A stretch of DNA of 64,000 nucleotides from assembly GCA_000934665.2 (NCBI GenBank), contig KZ538061.1, positions 1 to 64,000 of the forward strand, written 5' to 3'. Position 1 is the stretch's first letter. The number at the start of each line of letters is the position of its first letter. Under the pieces are notes generated by a model that was not told where the DNA came from, ran no database searches, and saw nothing but the letters and a program-made list of their open reading frames with translations. Shown one piece after another: positions 33,701 through 46,100 of the stretch. The translations under genes were made by a program, and so were the position numbers. The stretch comes from Catajapyx aquilonaris (taxonomy: Eukaryota).

Positions 33701-35668
33701 TTCCTTCACTACAAACGAAAAGTCAATCCGAGCCCCAGTTCGTCAGCCTCAAACCTGTTGTACACCTAACACGAGTACTACGAGCTCCACCTTTGTAGGG
33801 CAATTAGAGAGATTCCCGGAGAAGAACTTGAAAGCCACTTTTCCGGAGGGGGGGGGGGGGGGNNNNNGGGGCAGATTCGGATTCCCTCCCCCTGAAGAGT
33901 ATATAGGGCATCACCGGAAGGATTTAGTTCCCCAGCTCTGAAGTTCTTTCTCTCCTTTTGCTTGCAGCCGGCTTTCCAGGTGGAGAGAAACGAGCCGTAA
34001 TGGTCGACGATCGCTGACGACTGCAGTTTTCCCACAGGCAAGCCTTCGGAAGCCGATAATGTTTGCGGGCAAGGGAAGTGCGCCCCACATCTCCACTGAT
34101 GGTTGCTTCATGGGGCCCAAAATGCCTGCGATACCACCAAAATTTCCTTTTCGGGCTCGCCTCCGAGGAAAATTATCCGAAAATCCGCCACTATACGAGC
34201 CCTCTAACGGGCATACTTGCTCCAATAATTTCGGGTGCTCACATAAATTTAAAATGTGCGGTACGTCACGCCGACCCAATCTCTCCGTAACGTATAGGCA
34301 AAAATATTAGTTATTAATAACTAATATATAAATAACAATTTACCTGGTCCGCCCACATTGCAAGAAATTTTCTTGTAATGTGGGTGGACTAAGGTAACTT
34401 GTTATTTTGTCACATCATATTTCCTCCACTGTAGTTCATGTACCGATTCCGGAGGTGGCATTTTGTGATCAACCAATACCGTCTACAGTACTGACTTGTA
34501 GACAGCCCATCGTTCAGATGTACTGACTTGAAAATGGTACACCACCTGGACGTCAAATACCGTCTATACAGTATATGTGTGATCACAAATTACCACCTCC
34601 AAGTCGGTACATGAATCGGTACATGTGCCCTTACCTCTCATTGCATTATGTCTAATTAATAGACTTGATGGTCTGCACCCGTCAGTGTTTTCCCCAAGTC
34701 CGAGCAATAATCGGCAGTAAAAACAAACTTTCTGGTCCAAGTCTTCGTGGCTACTGGGTGGGTGCAGATGCTGCAAACAGCAGGGCTATTTCATCGGCGG
34801 GATTTAAGAGCTTCCCCAACACTGCCACTACAGGGCTCTGGCCTGGGGATTAGTGTCATCAAAGGCTTAGGTAGCAAGCTTTCGTCTTTTCAGAGAAAAG
34901 GCCCGGGACAAGAGATAAATCCTTGTTTTGGTACTGTTAGTTGACGTGAAAATGGGTCCTGTCGCAAAAAAAAAAATAACATCCCGTTCGTGTGCCTCGA
35001 CTTGCTATTGTTGTTCGTAATAAGGTAATTTGTCCGCTAATAGTCTCGGGAAATGAAGCAATTGCCTCCCCAGCCCAACCGAAAAAAATGACGATTATTT
35101 AGCCTGCGAACAACGTGCGGCTAAACTGAAGTGATGGTATTGGCACTACGAATGTGGCCACAGTGTTAATTCCCTCCAGCTTTTCTCCTGGACAAAAAAA
35201 ACCATTGTTGGTGAATCTGCCACGTGCAACAACCGAACTGGCTCCGAAAAAAAAAAAAATCTCCCTTCATCCTTTTTTCTACCTTACCCCTCTCAACCGA
35301 GCGAAATCGTCTTTTTTTGTCCCCCCTCAATCCAAAATCCTCCTCCAAAAAAGTATTCACTCGACCGAATTTCTCTCTCCACTGCACTTGTCCATTAGAA
35401 CGACCAGACCGAATTTAAATGCCATGTTCTTAACAACCAAGCCAGGTTCTCATTTCGGTCATATTAAGGTCCAGATTTGGCTCATCAAGGGAGTAATCTG
35501 GCAGCCCCCTCATTCCCTATCCTCCCCAATTGGACTCACCGAGCTGCAACTCCTTGTCGGTCGGGATGTTGCCGTTGGGCTCCAGCCGGTCCAAAAACTC
35601 GTCCGAGTAGCCATTGTACTGAAGCTTGGTCACCCGCGACGACTCCTCCTGTTCCTCCTTGGTGATGG
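6632..35668 (-). CDS. CDK14: Cyclin-dependent kinase 14 / PFTAIRE kinase (Eip63E orthologue), 5'-partial: join(35668-35540,21509-21313,8939-8848,8305-8131,8053-7867,7423-7209,7057-6805,6738-6632)
   Basis: Spliced translation contains [41 protein letters not shown] and DMWGVG. N-terminal exons carry Eip63E-like segments ([57 protein letters not shown]). All seven introns are GT-AG and the phases chain correctly (1,0,2,0,1,0,1). Confidence 0.95.
6805..7057 (-). CDS. CDK14: CDK14 exon: C-lobe
   Basis: [13 protein letters not shown]...[25 protein letters not shown]; acceptor ccttgcag, donor G|gtaagg. Confidence 0.94.
7209..7423 (-). CDS. CDK14: CDK14 exon: activation segment
   Basis: [47 protein letters not shown]...DKIFK; acceptor cctttcag, donor AAG|gtaata. 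Confidence 0.96.
7867..8053 (-). CDS. CDK14: CDK14 exon: catalytic loop HRDVKPQN to DF
   Basis: [11 protein letters not shown]...[23 protein letters not shown]; acceptor cttgcag, donor G|gtatta. Confidence 0.96.
8131..8305 (-). CDS. CDK14: CDK14 exon: VALKE and PFTAIRE helix
   Basis: [58 protein letters not shown]; acceptor attttcag, donor TTG|gtaagt. Confidence 0.96.
8848..8939 (-). CDS. CDK14: CDK14 exon: glycine-rich loop ([30 protein letters not shown])
   Basis: Acceptor gttttgcag, donor AA|gtgagt; kinase subdomain I. Confidence 0.95.
11991..12156. repeat. Palindromic element (15-bp perfect stem plus outer imperfect inverted repeats)
   Basis: TGTTGTCAATGCAAA (12001-12015) / TTTGCATTGACAACA (12035-12049); outer CTACACCCAC vs GTGGGGGTAAT. 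Confidence 0.6.
21313..21509 (-). CDS. CDK14: CDK14 exon ([65 protein letters not shown])
   Basis: Acceptor gcttttcag, donor GGG|gtgagt, 197 nt phase 1 to 0; joins directly to GDSPFGK of the next exon. Confidence 0.92.
34304..34625. repeat. Multi-palindrome element, probably a non-autonomous DNA element
   Basis: Perfect 24-bp palindrome 34304-34327; hairpin with about 37-bp arms 34331-34406; about 37-bp inverted repeat 34435-34471 / 34580-34615; internal 11-bp direct repeats. Confidence 0.7.
35540..35668 (-). CDS. CDK14: CDK14 N-terminal exon ([42 protein letters not shown])
   Basis: Acceptor ctcttttcag, donor G|gtgagt, 129 nt phase 1 to 1; resembles the Eip63E N-terminal [16 protein letters not shown] segment; too short for the ORF track. 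Confidence 0.88.
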
Positions 35669-38600
35669 CTGAAAAGAGAAGGGAAGAACAGGTCAGACCA
35701 ACCGTTCCGTTGGTAAGAGAAAAGAAAGAAAAACGACAATAATATCCCGGATGGCGCTAGGTTGGCGCCTCTTCAGGCATCGATCATAAGCTTTACTTCC
35801 ACCCCTACATCCCCACCCTCCGATCCGATCCTTTTCAATACGCGTTCAGAAGCGGCTCGAGACCAAAGAGGATTACCGCCGGAGAAAGGTCCTCAGGATT
35901 TCAGATCCTGGAGGATGCTTTTGTCATGGATGCGGCTAATGTCCACTCCTTCAGAGTTGAATTAGCGCTACTAACAATGCGTCAACGGTGTAACTTGCAA
36001 TCACTCAATATGAGCAGACAGTGCTGAAGCAGCCTCATCCGCATGCAGCCAGCATTTGCTTCCCTTTGGTGTATATAATCCACACGCATGTTCCTAATGT
36101 ACAGTCCTCCCCCTTTTGAGCTAGGGGGAAACTAGGTGCCAGGGGAAAACAGAAAGAGCAACGCCATTCCAACTTTATTATTTCAAGTGCCGGCCTCCAA
36201 TTAGAGCTCCACACAGGCAAATACTGACGCCTTTTGACCTCCCGTCAGAATGGATTGGACGACACCAATTGAATATCAAAGCGACTTGGAAAATCCTCCG
36301 GCCATTTTTAATTAGAATCGCTTGTTTCCCCTAGCAAACCCTCCCCCCCCCCCTCACACACTGGAGAATGGAAGAGTGTCCGAGGGAACCATAACATGTC
36401 GACGGCTAATTTTCCGCACGATCCTCCCCCACCCTCCCTCACTTTGGGTCGAAATGCGAGGAAATGGCCCCCGATGTCTTTGTGCAGCAACGCCAAAGCG
36501 ACACCTCTCGCGTCCAATTTCATCGCTACGAGCCTGGCATCCATAATTGATGCAACACCATATTCCCTTGTTTCCCCGGTCCATGTTGAGTGAATTTTCA
36601 CTCGTTTCCTACAATTTCGAGCTAACGTAATAATAAAAAAATATATAGGGGCCTGTAATTCATCACTGTCAGCGGGAGGATATTGCAACAATCATCTGTA
36701 AACAGGGTTACCCTCAACCAGACAATTTGCGGGACTGCTGAGAGCAATAATCATGTTTGAACTCCCATAAAAAGGTGAGTGCCCCATGTAACTTTAAACG
36801 GCGTTGTTTTGGGTGCCAAATGACGTTTCGGTTCGGTACACATCCAGTCAGTGAAAATTTTATTTCTTCAAATGTGCGTGTAATGTTGCGTTTTCGTTTT
36901 CGTTCAATTTTTCGCCCAAGTTCCAACAGCCCTGTCAGTCACTCGTAACTGCTCTCCTCCGCCCCCAATATACATAGCCTACTCGCAACAGTACATTCAA
37001 ACGACGCCTTCTCTTCCTGCTAGTAGGCTATAACCGGTTACAAATCACTAGTCCACGAACTGCTTGATAGTAAACTTAAGTGTGGAAGCTCCTCCTATAC
37101 CGTGTACCATGGCCTATATGCACAATAGGGGATTGGATATCCTGTATGCAGTGTCGAGCAGGAAGGAATTCATTCTCCTTCCCATCTATATCCCCTCACT
37201 CCCGTGGCCCCAGCCTCATTTTCCTCTCGGCTTGCTTCGTCTAGTGATGAAAGCGCGCCCAAGCGAAACTCCCTTCCCTCTTTCTTCTCCTTTGCTGCAA
37301 GACACCAATTCCGGTTTCTGCAGGTAGTGGAGGGTCAGCCACGGCCCATTGACCTCCCGAGGTGGAGGGTGGAAGAGGGGGGGAACTTACATAATGGCAG
37401 ATTCCCTCGGAGTCTCCCCCACCACCCCTCTCACATACATTACAAAGTCACTGGGTTCGTTCCCTGAGCTCGATTGCGGCTAAAAATTGCGGTGTCGGAC
37501 ACAAAAGGGAAGGGGGTGCGGAAAGTTGGCGTTATGAAAATTTACGTACATTAATTATCGGCACTCGCCTTGAAAAGTTTGTTCCCTCTTCCTCTTCCCC
37601 CATGTTTCGTCTCTTCCGCTCCTTACGCATCGTCTTGGCATATCTAATTAACCACGTCCATCCTCCTTAGAGTCGCTTTCTTAGGGTCTTCCATCCCCCT
37701 TTCCCTTAGCTTCTTACACTCCTGTCGTCTCGAATTTAGGCATCGATTATCGGCTACCCGTAGACCGAATACCCAAATGACACCCGAGACCAATTAAGTT
37801 GCATATTACCATTTCGACGCATCTTAACGACGCCTAATAATAACCCACGGTGATCTCGTGTTATTTCCAAAGCTGTTGCACACACCCCTCCCTCTCTAGC
37901 CTCCCTTTGCCATCTCTCACACATAACTGGTACGGCGGGGGAATTAAGCCATCACATCCCCCTATATACCCCACCCCCGAATACAATTGCCCTCGGTGAA
38001 AATATCCTCCTGGATATATACGCCGACATCAGGGTAACCAACCCTGGTTATTACACGTCATTTTTAATTGCCACCCGGCACATGTAATTGGACAGCCGAC
38101 ATATAGGGAATGTTCGATGGACACATGAAATGTTTTTGAAGGGTTCCGGCTCTATCCCTGATTGCACTGTACGCACTTTGCGATTGTGGAACTACTTGCG
38201 CCCCACTGCACTCCCCACATGCGGAAAGATATTTATAAAGGCCACGTGGTCTAGGCCTAGCTACTTGCGTTGCGATCAAGCCCATTTTGGCTCCCTTGTC
38301 CATTACCCAACTTGGTAAGCCTGGGAAGGGACGATCGAACGCCAAAACCCAAGTGCCTCCCTTTTGCCGTCCGTTATTAAAGCGCATTAAGAGGAGCTGA
38401 TTCATGCAAGGGCCCCCAGGCCTGCCTCTGTATACACTATATATATCCCCCCCTCCACCCCCCTCTTTTCCATTCCCTTCTCCCCTCATGCCTGAAGTAT
38501 CTACAGCACAGAGGCGCAGGCGCTCCTCCTTCCCCCTCTACCACCACAGGAAACCTGATTAAGGAATGAATCACTTCAATGAAAAATGTCCCCGGGAACG

Positions 38601-41600
38601 GCAACACAGGAGCAAGGAAAGGCGTGCATTGGGGGAGGTGATGCTCCGGTCACATCGTGTTCCAAGCAGGGAGAGGACCTTTGCGATCGTGGGCAATCCA
38701 TCACGCCAGACACGGCTCGATTCTAATTTACAGTGCAAACCGACCTCTGCATACAGTCACACGCCTGGGATCTGGCCGTACAACGTGTGAACATTCCCGG
38801 AGCATGTCGGGGTCTGCAGTGAAGCTTTGAGGGAGGACACACAAAAAAGCGTGTTCGAACAAGGGCCATCTCTCGTAAAATGTCACAATTGAGTTATATA
38901 CCGTGGAGCAAGTGTTACTGTACAGACATGGTGTATCTAGCCATCGATCATGCTGTCATCTCTCTAGTGAGATATTACGAGCCAGAGGGCGACACCAAAG
39001 GGAAAGTTTCTGACATGGTCAAGAAATCGATAGGCAACCATATATTGAAAATCGGAAAATTGGTCAGTGATGAAAAAAGGCGCAAGTTCATTAAAAATCA
39101 ACTACACACCATGACATATTAATAAGCAGAAATCATTTCCAACTAGTTCTAATCAACCTCGCACCAAAATTATCACCTAAATGTGGGCAAATTTATGTCA
39201 GCTTAATTGACGCACCTTACTGCACATTCAAATCCTATATCCCGTGTTAATCACCTAACGAAACATTAACCGTGATGCAATTTGATTTCCCTGCATAAAC
39301 CACTTAAGAAACGATTAAGGTGGTAAACACTGTTAATATGAAAACTGTCCCGAGATCTTCCAACAAGTTTCATCGCAGGAGGGGAAATTTACTTATAGCT
39401 ATCATAACCATTTCTGTACGGGTATAAACTCATCACATGCAAATTGGTAGCTTCCAGGGCACTCTCCGCTATCCTTCAACTTCGCAAACTCCTCAAGCAC
39501 TCGAGTGCAAAGTTGCATATATCGACTTTCTAAAAAAAAACAAAAAAAAACTTAAATTAGTTCCTACCTGGTCCCAACTCCTCCGAGTGAGAAGGCAGGG
39601 CTAATGCACCTGATGGGAATAATTTGACAATCGATCCAAGGTTTCTGACTCGCAACACGAAACAACTCAGACGCAATTCGTAAATAATATAACCGCGTCT
39701 TGGATTTTTAACCAACTCCCTGCCCCTTACACTATCCAGGACACCAACCCTCAAAATAAAAAGCAACATTGACCTTTACAATCAGCCTCAAAATAATGTT
39801 TCTTCCAAGTAATCCAGCTGCCTGACTCCACCAAAAATATAGAAAAAAATCTTACAATAACCCTATTCCACCGTAACGCTCCGTAACACTTCCAGATCCC
39901 ACAAACTCGTTACGTAATTAACGTCCCCCCTATGCCCCAGAGGACACCATCTCCTCATATCCAAGCATCAGCGGAATAACAATTTCATGCGGTTTGTGCC
40001 AACCCCCCCTTCTCCGGACCACCTTTATTGTCCCTGGATATTAAACCCGGTGGAAGCACAGGGTGCAAAATAAATTTGGACTGAGCTGTCGCTGGTAGTC
40101 CTCTCCTCCGATATTACATTACGGCATTGGCAATCCCAGCGGAATCTGCAATTACTCCTCGGCGTTTCCACTCCAATTGGCCTCAGATTTCGCAACCGGA
40201 AGGGAAATGGGGCAGGGAAGGGGGGGTGCAAGATAAGTGCGCTTCCGTCTGCAAGAGCTTCCAAATTGTCATGTGGGCTTATAGCCAGGGAAGGAGTAAG
40301 GCTGCCGACCTCTAATAGAGTAAAGTCCGTTTCCGCCCCAAAATCACACACATCTCCGTTAATAAACATACTCGATATGGAATCGTGTTCTGATATTAAA
40401 CGCGCTCTTAGTCCATTTGCATTCGCTGCCTACGGCTGCCGGGGACAATTAGAAATTAGCATAATTACACAATTCCACGCATGCAGTATGTTCCGAGAGG
40501 GAAAGGCCCCGGTTATTGGAATCAGCCTAAATCGCATGCCGCAGAGCAGGCTTAACTAGAATTATTGCAGCGGGACTAATGGAGAATTTGCCCACGCGAC
40601 CGCACCGGACCGTGTGTGGTTGTACAGTACTGGGGGCAGCAAGAGCACACACTTTATATTTAATAAAAATAAAGCTGGGGCCGTCAGGCACGCGCCATTA
40701 TAATCAGCTGACTATGGAGATGTACAGATCCCGCGGGACTTATATCCATCCAATTTAATTATTCATCAAAGGGTGGCGATGGGGTAAAATAATAACAGAA
40801 CGTTTGTCACATCCGACTAAAATTCGACCCCCCCAAACAAGCTCCAAAGTGGTATCCGCTCTGGCCTGACTTTTCGTCCCTTGTATACACTGGCAATTTC
40901 CTCCGAGACGACCCCGAAAATAACCGTCAGTCCCGCAATAAAAGAAGCGACACGCAAAGGCCAAGCCTCTTCCCCTCCTCTCGTCATTCGTCTGGGACAT
41001 TCATGCCGGACAGCCCAGGCCCATTGCCCAAGAGTTTAGCGCTGCCCTGTGCCCTGGTCCTCCTGGTGCCCACAAATCCCCATTCGCCCTCCCCCCCCCC
41101 CCTGACCTCCCAGCTTCTCCCCCATGCCCCAAGCAAGAAGAGATATGTGTGTGGAAGGCACCCTTCTTTCTTTGTATCCGGGAGCTCTCCCTCTCCGGAA
41201 CCTTTAAAAATGCATGGGGGCGCGTCCGGGGCGCTGGTAAAGGCGGCGCCAATAAGGAGGCCAGCGCCGCTCGCTACCTTCGCGACCGGTTAGGAAACGG
41301 GGCTTGCCTCCCGGAATACCTAACTAATCCGGAGATTTCCAGGGACCCAAATTGCCTCAACCCTTGGTAAGCAAGATCAACCGCCTTGTTTGATTTTTGC
41401 AACATGTCGTTTCATTGTGATCAATATTTCTTGAAAATAGAGCTATTCATATGCAAAGAGCTTCTAAAGGGTTGATGTTATTGTGAGTAAGGAAGTTAGC
41501 AACTGGTCCATGCGCATTCCTTTCGAACAAGGAATCAGTTCGGGTCGATATTCGATGCGTCCCTACCTGGAAATTCCACGTGCCTGATCTTTTTCCACAG

Positions 41601-43082
41601 GATCAGCACCCTTATTTTTCTGCCTATCCCCCCCAAACCAAGGTGCGAGCTCAGCATCGCGGGTTGCGATCGTCTTTCGTGCTCAGGAGGCATTAAAGCT
41701 ACGCATGTTGCAACCAGAATGGGCCAGGAAGGCGATATCCAACTGCACGTGTGCCAACGGAAACGACCGACCACGAAGCACGAGACAGGTGCTTCCAATA
41801 CACCTGCCCAAATTATTCGTTGGGCCTTTGCAACCCCCATCCGCTTCCAAACGTAAAGGCAGCACTTTGGCCATGTTACGGGACCTGGCCCACGATTACT
41901 CTCCATTACGGCCAATTTCCGCCAGAGAAGAGCCCAATCGTATCTCCTGCAAATGAATCAATAGGAACCTAAATACAGCCCAGACCACAGGCTCTTTCCT
42001 AATAATACCAACTCCTATATAGAAATAGCAAAATTGTGGCTGGTCATGTCTGCAACCACACCCTCGACATATATAGAGACCTCGTTAGTATGGCACGGAA
42101 ACCACAGTCCACAAATTCAGAGCCAGTCTTTACCGCCATCCGTCCCCTAAGATGAACCCAGGAGCCATGTCTCTTGACGACCCTACCTCCCCCCTTAATT
42201 TTCTCTCATTAACCACCCTACCCCTCCTCTAGAGGGCTGCCTCCTCAGGTAATCAGAAACAATTAGCCCGGCAGTGCATCACGGAAGGCTGCCACTTCCG
42301 AAGCTCGATTCTGCCTGAGAGAATCGGATCTCTCTTTTTTTTTCTAAATGGTGCTGGGATGTTCAGGACCGATTTTTTTTATATAGAAGAAGGAGAATAT
42401 GCATCCGCATTGTCTTATCGATCAACCCAGATTCGCTAACCGTTGCGTCGGGTATGTGCCAGGCGCCATATGCACTATTATGCACTCCTGGAATTTAACC
42501 GCAGTGTGTTTGTCCCCAACTTTGTAATCTAAAACTGCGGTGCTGTTTTGCCAAATATTTTAAACGGTTATGGTGCAGTTGCAGTCAGCGAAATGGAGCA
42601 AATGTGACCTCAAATTGTCAGATCCGGAGGGGTCCAATGGCGTGGTTTAGACCGCAAAATTATTTGAAATACGGTACTGTAGTAGCAGCTTGCTATGAGA
42701 GCAAAGTGATCGCATGGAAATAGCCTTTCTTGGAGCGTGGAATGGGCAAACAAGCTGCGACACTTGCTAAGCAACATGATGCTATAGGTTTGAATGGACC
42801 AAGAGTATCTCGGAGCAGATCCCGTTCCAGTATTGATTTCAGCGAGATACGCAACAATAATTTTTATAGTTGTGGTTGCTGATATGCTGATTTGAACACA
42901 TGAGTGGAGCTGAGTTTTCCTATCGATTCGCCGAATTGGAAAAACCTGTGCGTGACAACTCCGATTTTGCCTCTTTCAGCATGCTGATGTTAAATGCATT
43001 AAAAATAATAATAAAAATTGTTCTTTGTGAGAGATCATCTGCAACCTGCATTACTGTTTTTATCGTCAAATTAAAAGACAGC

Positions 43083-43139
43083 TTCATGCACCAAGCACGA
43101 AAATCGTGACGTTTCTGGAATATATCCTTGGTGCATGAA
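43083..43139. repeat. 13-bp perfect inverted repeat with internal hairpin
   Basis: TTCATGCACCAAG ... CTTGGTGCATGAA enclosing CACGA-AAA-TCGTG. Confidence 0.6.
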
Positions 43140-46100
43140 ACTCACACGGGCTCAAAAAGCGTGCATCTGATGCATATTGTCTTCCCAGAACGAATACATC
43201 ACATGCGACACTGAACATTTCAAAAAGGTCTCTGTCCAATCATATACGTGTAAATTGCAAAATTGCGCAGATTTTCTCAACCAATAAAAATCCCATGTTT
43301 TATTCGATTTTAGTTGCATCTTCCTGCCTTTGCAGGAACAATGCTCGTAAGCATTCAATCCACGCTTCAATATTTCAAGAAGCCTCAAAACACGTCTGAA
43401 CCTCCACGTAATTCAGTTGATCCCTGTGCTGAGAGGTGGTCAGCAACCTGGCCTTAATGCCCTGAGAACCCCCTGTCCGCCGCCTCGCAAGGCGCCTTAG
43501 CATAAACTAATTGGGCCTGGGAAAGATGCAAATCCCCTAGAAACCAACCCAAGAGAGCAGCCCCCCAGGCCGCGGAATTCCCTTGCCCAATTCAGTCCCT
43601 TCCACTGGTGACAAGTGCTGGGTCTGAAACTCCCTTTTGTGCCAATCTACAACATTCCAAGCTCTGCCTTGCCCTACAGTAACTCCGCCCGAAGCATCCG
43701 AGACCGGAAACTTTCCTCGGGGCGACGTCGTCGTCCACTTTGTTACATGGCGCCAAAATGGGAGCAGATTCCCCAGCAAAACGTTCGGCGACGGGAAGCC
43801 ATTTTTTGGCCCAGACTGCCATCCGTTCCGGGTCGTCGCCATGTTTTTGTTCCGCTGATAAGTCTCCAGAAAAAGAAATTATTCCCTCCAGAATAACAGA
43901 AGGGTTGGGCGTAAAAAGCATGGAAGAATGTAGCTTGCGGCGTAGAAAATCCGGAGTGGAGAAAATCCCTATAGCGGTTGATAAATTCGTTTAATTTCTG
44001 GGCTGGGATTGGAATTCGCTTGTACTAATCACGACTCCAAATTGACAGTCGGTCCCTGAAGAAACGCCTCGAAAAGAAATGGCTAGAACAAAGTTATACA
44101 AGGGTATATATTCGAACCGAAGATTGGCTCAGCTCAATAAGCTGCGCTGTATCCTTCAATGGAACAGGCACAAGAATTAAGTTTCATGAGGCACATATTG
44201 TGCTCTACACGAGTCAGGGCGGATATGAGGTACAGTACAGTAGTGCAATAAAAGTACCCCCAAAAAATTACCATAATATTAACAGTTTCCACAGTGCAGT
44301 GTAGTATAATACAAGCATGACTGTGATCCTTAATTAGCCAGAGAGCAGACAGTAAGATCAGCTCATTTGGAGCTTGTGCCCGACCTATATATCAACTAAC
44401 TGCAAAGGATGCTGTAAACTTTGACGACACGACATCGCCTTCGAACAGAGATATTTCTCCTCGTTATTTTTCCATGTTATTGCACACCGCATGCAATTTT
44501 CTGGCAGTACGGAACACTACTCCCGTCCTTGGGCCGGATAATGATGCATCGTCAGCTGCCGGATATATTTTCAGCTTCCGGAGAACACCCGAAAATAAAC
44601 AGCCTCTAATCCATCGCCGCTCATTTCCATACCTCCAGGTTGGCACCGAACACTCATTCCGTCCTCCCAAAATCCTCTTGCCTTGAATAATATCCTTACA
44701 ATGTTTCTAATTAAATCACGTTAAATGGATCATATATAGAGTAATTATTCCTGAGCTGTCTGTTCCTTCTTTTTCGGGAGTTGTCGCGCCGTGGAGGCCA
44801 CAGTTGGGCAAACTCCAAAGTTTGAAACACTCTGCTGGGGCGGCTCGAGCTTCCCAAATGAAGAAGGGGGAAAGGCGGGGGAGTGAGGAGGGGAGGGTCC
44901 CACCTCCAGGGGGTGCCTGAGAATTAATTTGTCACTGCAGTTGCAGGCCCAGAGGAAAAGTAACTCGACGGGACGTCTCTCAAACTTGTTATAACTCAAG
45001 CCCCCTGAAACACAACGTCGTTAGCCTTTGGAGTCATTAGGCGTGTCGACCCAATAGCATTCAATAACTATGCTGAAATCGCTTCCCAAAAACAGATGAG
45101 GCGTTTGAAAACATATTCCGATACGGCCAGACCGGATGGGGGTGGGAAAAAAGTGTTCGAAAACAACTGAATATTCAGAGAATCCGATGAATATTCACCG
45201 GCACTGCTTTGAATAGGAAACAATATCGGATTATTTTGGTTGGTTTATGGTCCCTCCAGAATTCCCTCCCCTAGACATAATATACGGTTCTTTTCGTGCT
45301 TCCCTGATTTTTCTGCATTCGACAATGAGAGGTTTCTGGGATGTCCCTTCCTCAAATTTGCATCCTTAAAAATGCGCAGCAATGTGCGTTTTTACCCCAC
45401 TGCCGAGTGCAGACACCGATGTTTCCGACCGCACCGTGAACCCAACCAGCTTTTCTTTCATCCAAGTCCTCTACAGAGACCCATTCGACTGAAACAAAAC
45501 TTCTCTTCCAGGCTTGTTAACACAACTGCACCATCCTCCCCACCACTCTCCCTCCAACCACAAAAATAAGGCAACGCCGGCTCCCTACCCCTCTTATTCA
45601 TATCCATGTATTCTCGGCATATAAATGCAAATGCAATTTCCACCAACGAGGGTATTTGAAGCGAGGCGGCAGCGGCTTTTCCTTGCAAGCTCCAGGTTTT
45701 GGCGCAGAAGAGACGACGACAGCTGCTAAGCAAGCGAAAGATGTCCAACCCTCACACCCATCCCATAGAAATTCTTTGTCTAGCGGGTTCTGCTGCCTCA
45801 CCTTCTGCGTATCGGTGGAAAATCAGTCTTCTCAGACTTTCCACAGAAGCTGAATTAGCATTTTGTGGTAGTCGACGTCTCCAAGAAAGATGGGGGAGAA
45901 TGTAGAGGGAGGGAGTCCTGAGGTGAAGAAGATGCCGAGGGCGTTGACTGACACCATTAAGCATTCATTTCCTAATAAATTCAGCAGGCTAGACGTTTAC
46001 CCCCACGCGATTGTGACGGGAGATGATGTTTGCAATGGAGTCTGAGAGCAAATTAAGCGCCTCGGTTTCTCCTTAGATGAGTGGAGAAAAAACATCTCCA

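Noticed and set aside
33845..33870. Poly-G tract with N bases (single N also near 49120, 51462, 63177)
   Set aside because: Assembly uncertainty in homopolymers, not a biological feature.
35154..35672. 172-aa plus-strand ORF
   Set aside because: Antisense shadow of the real CDK14 exon at 35540-35668.
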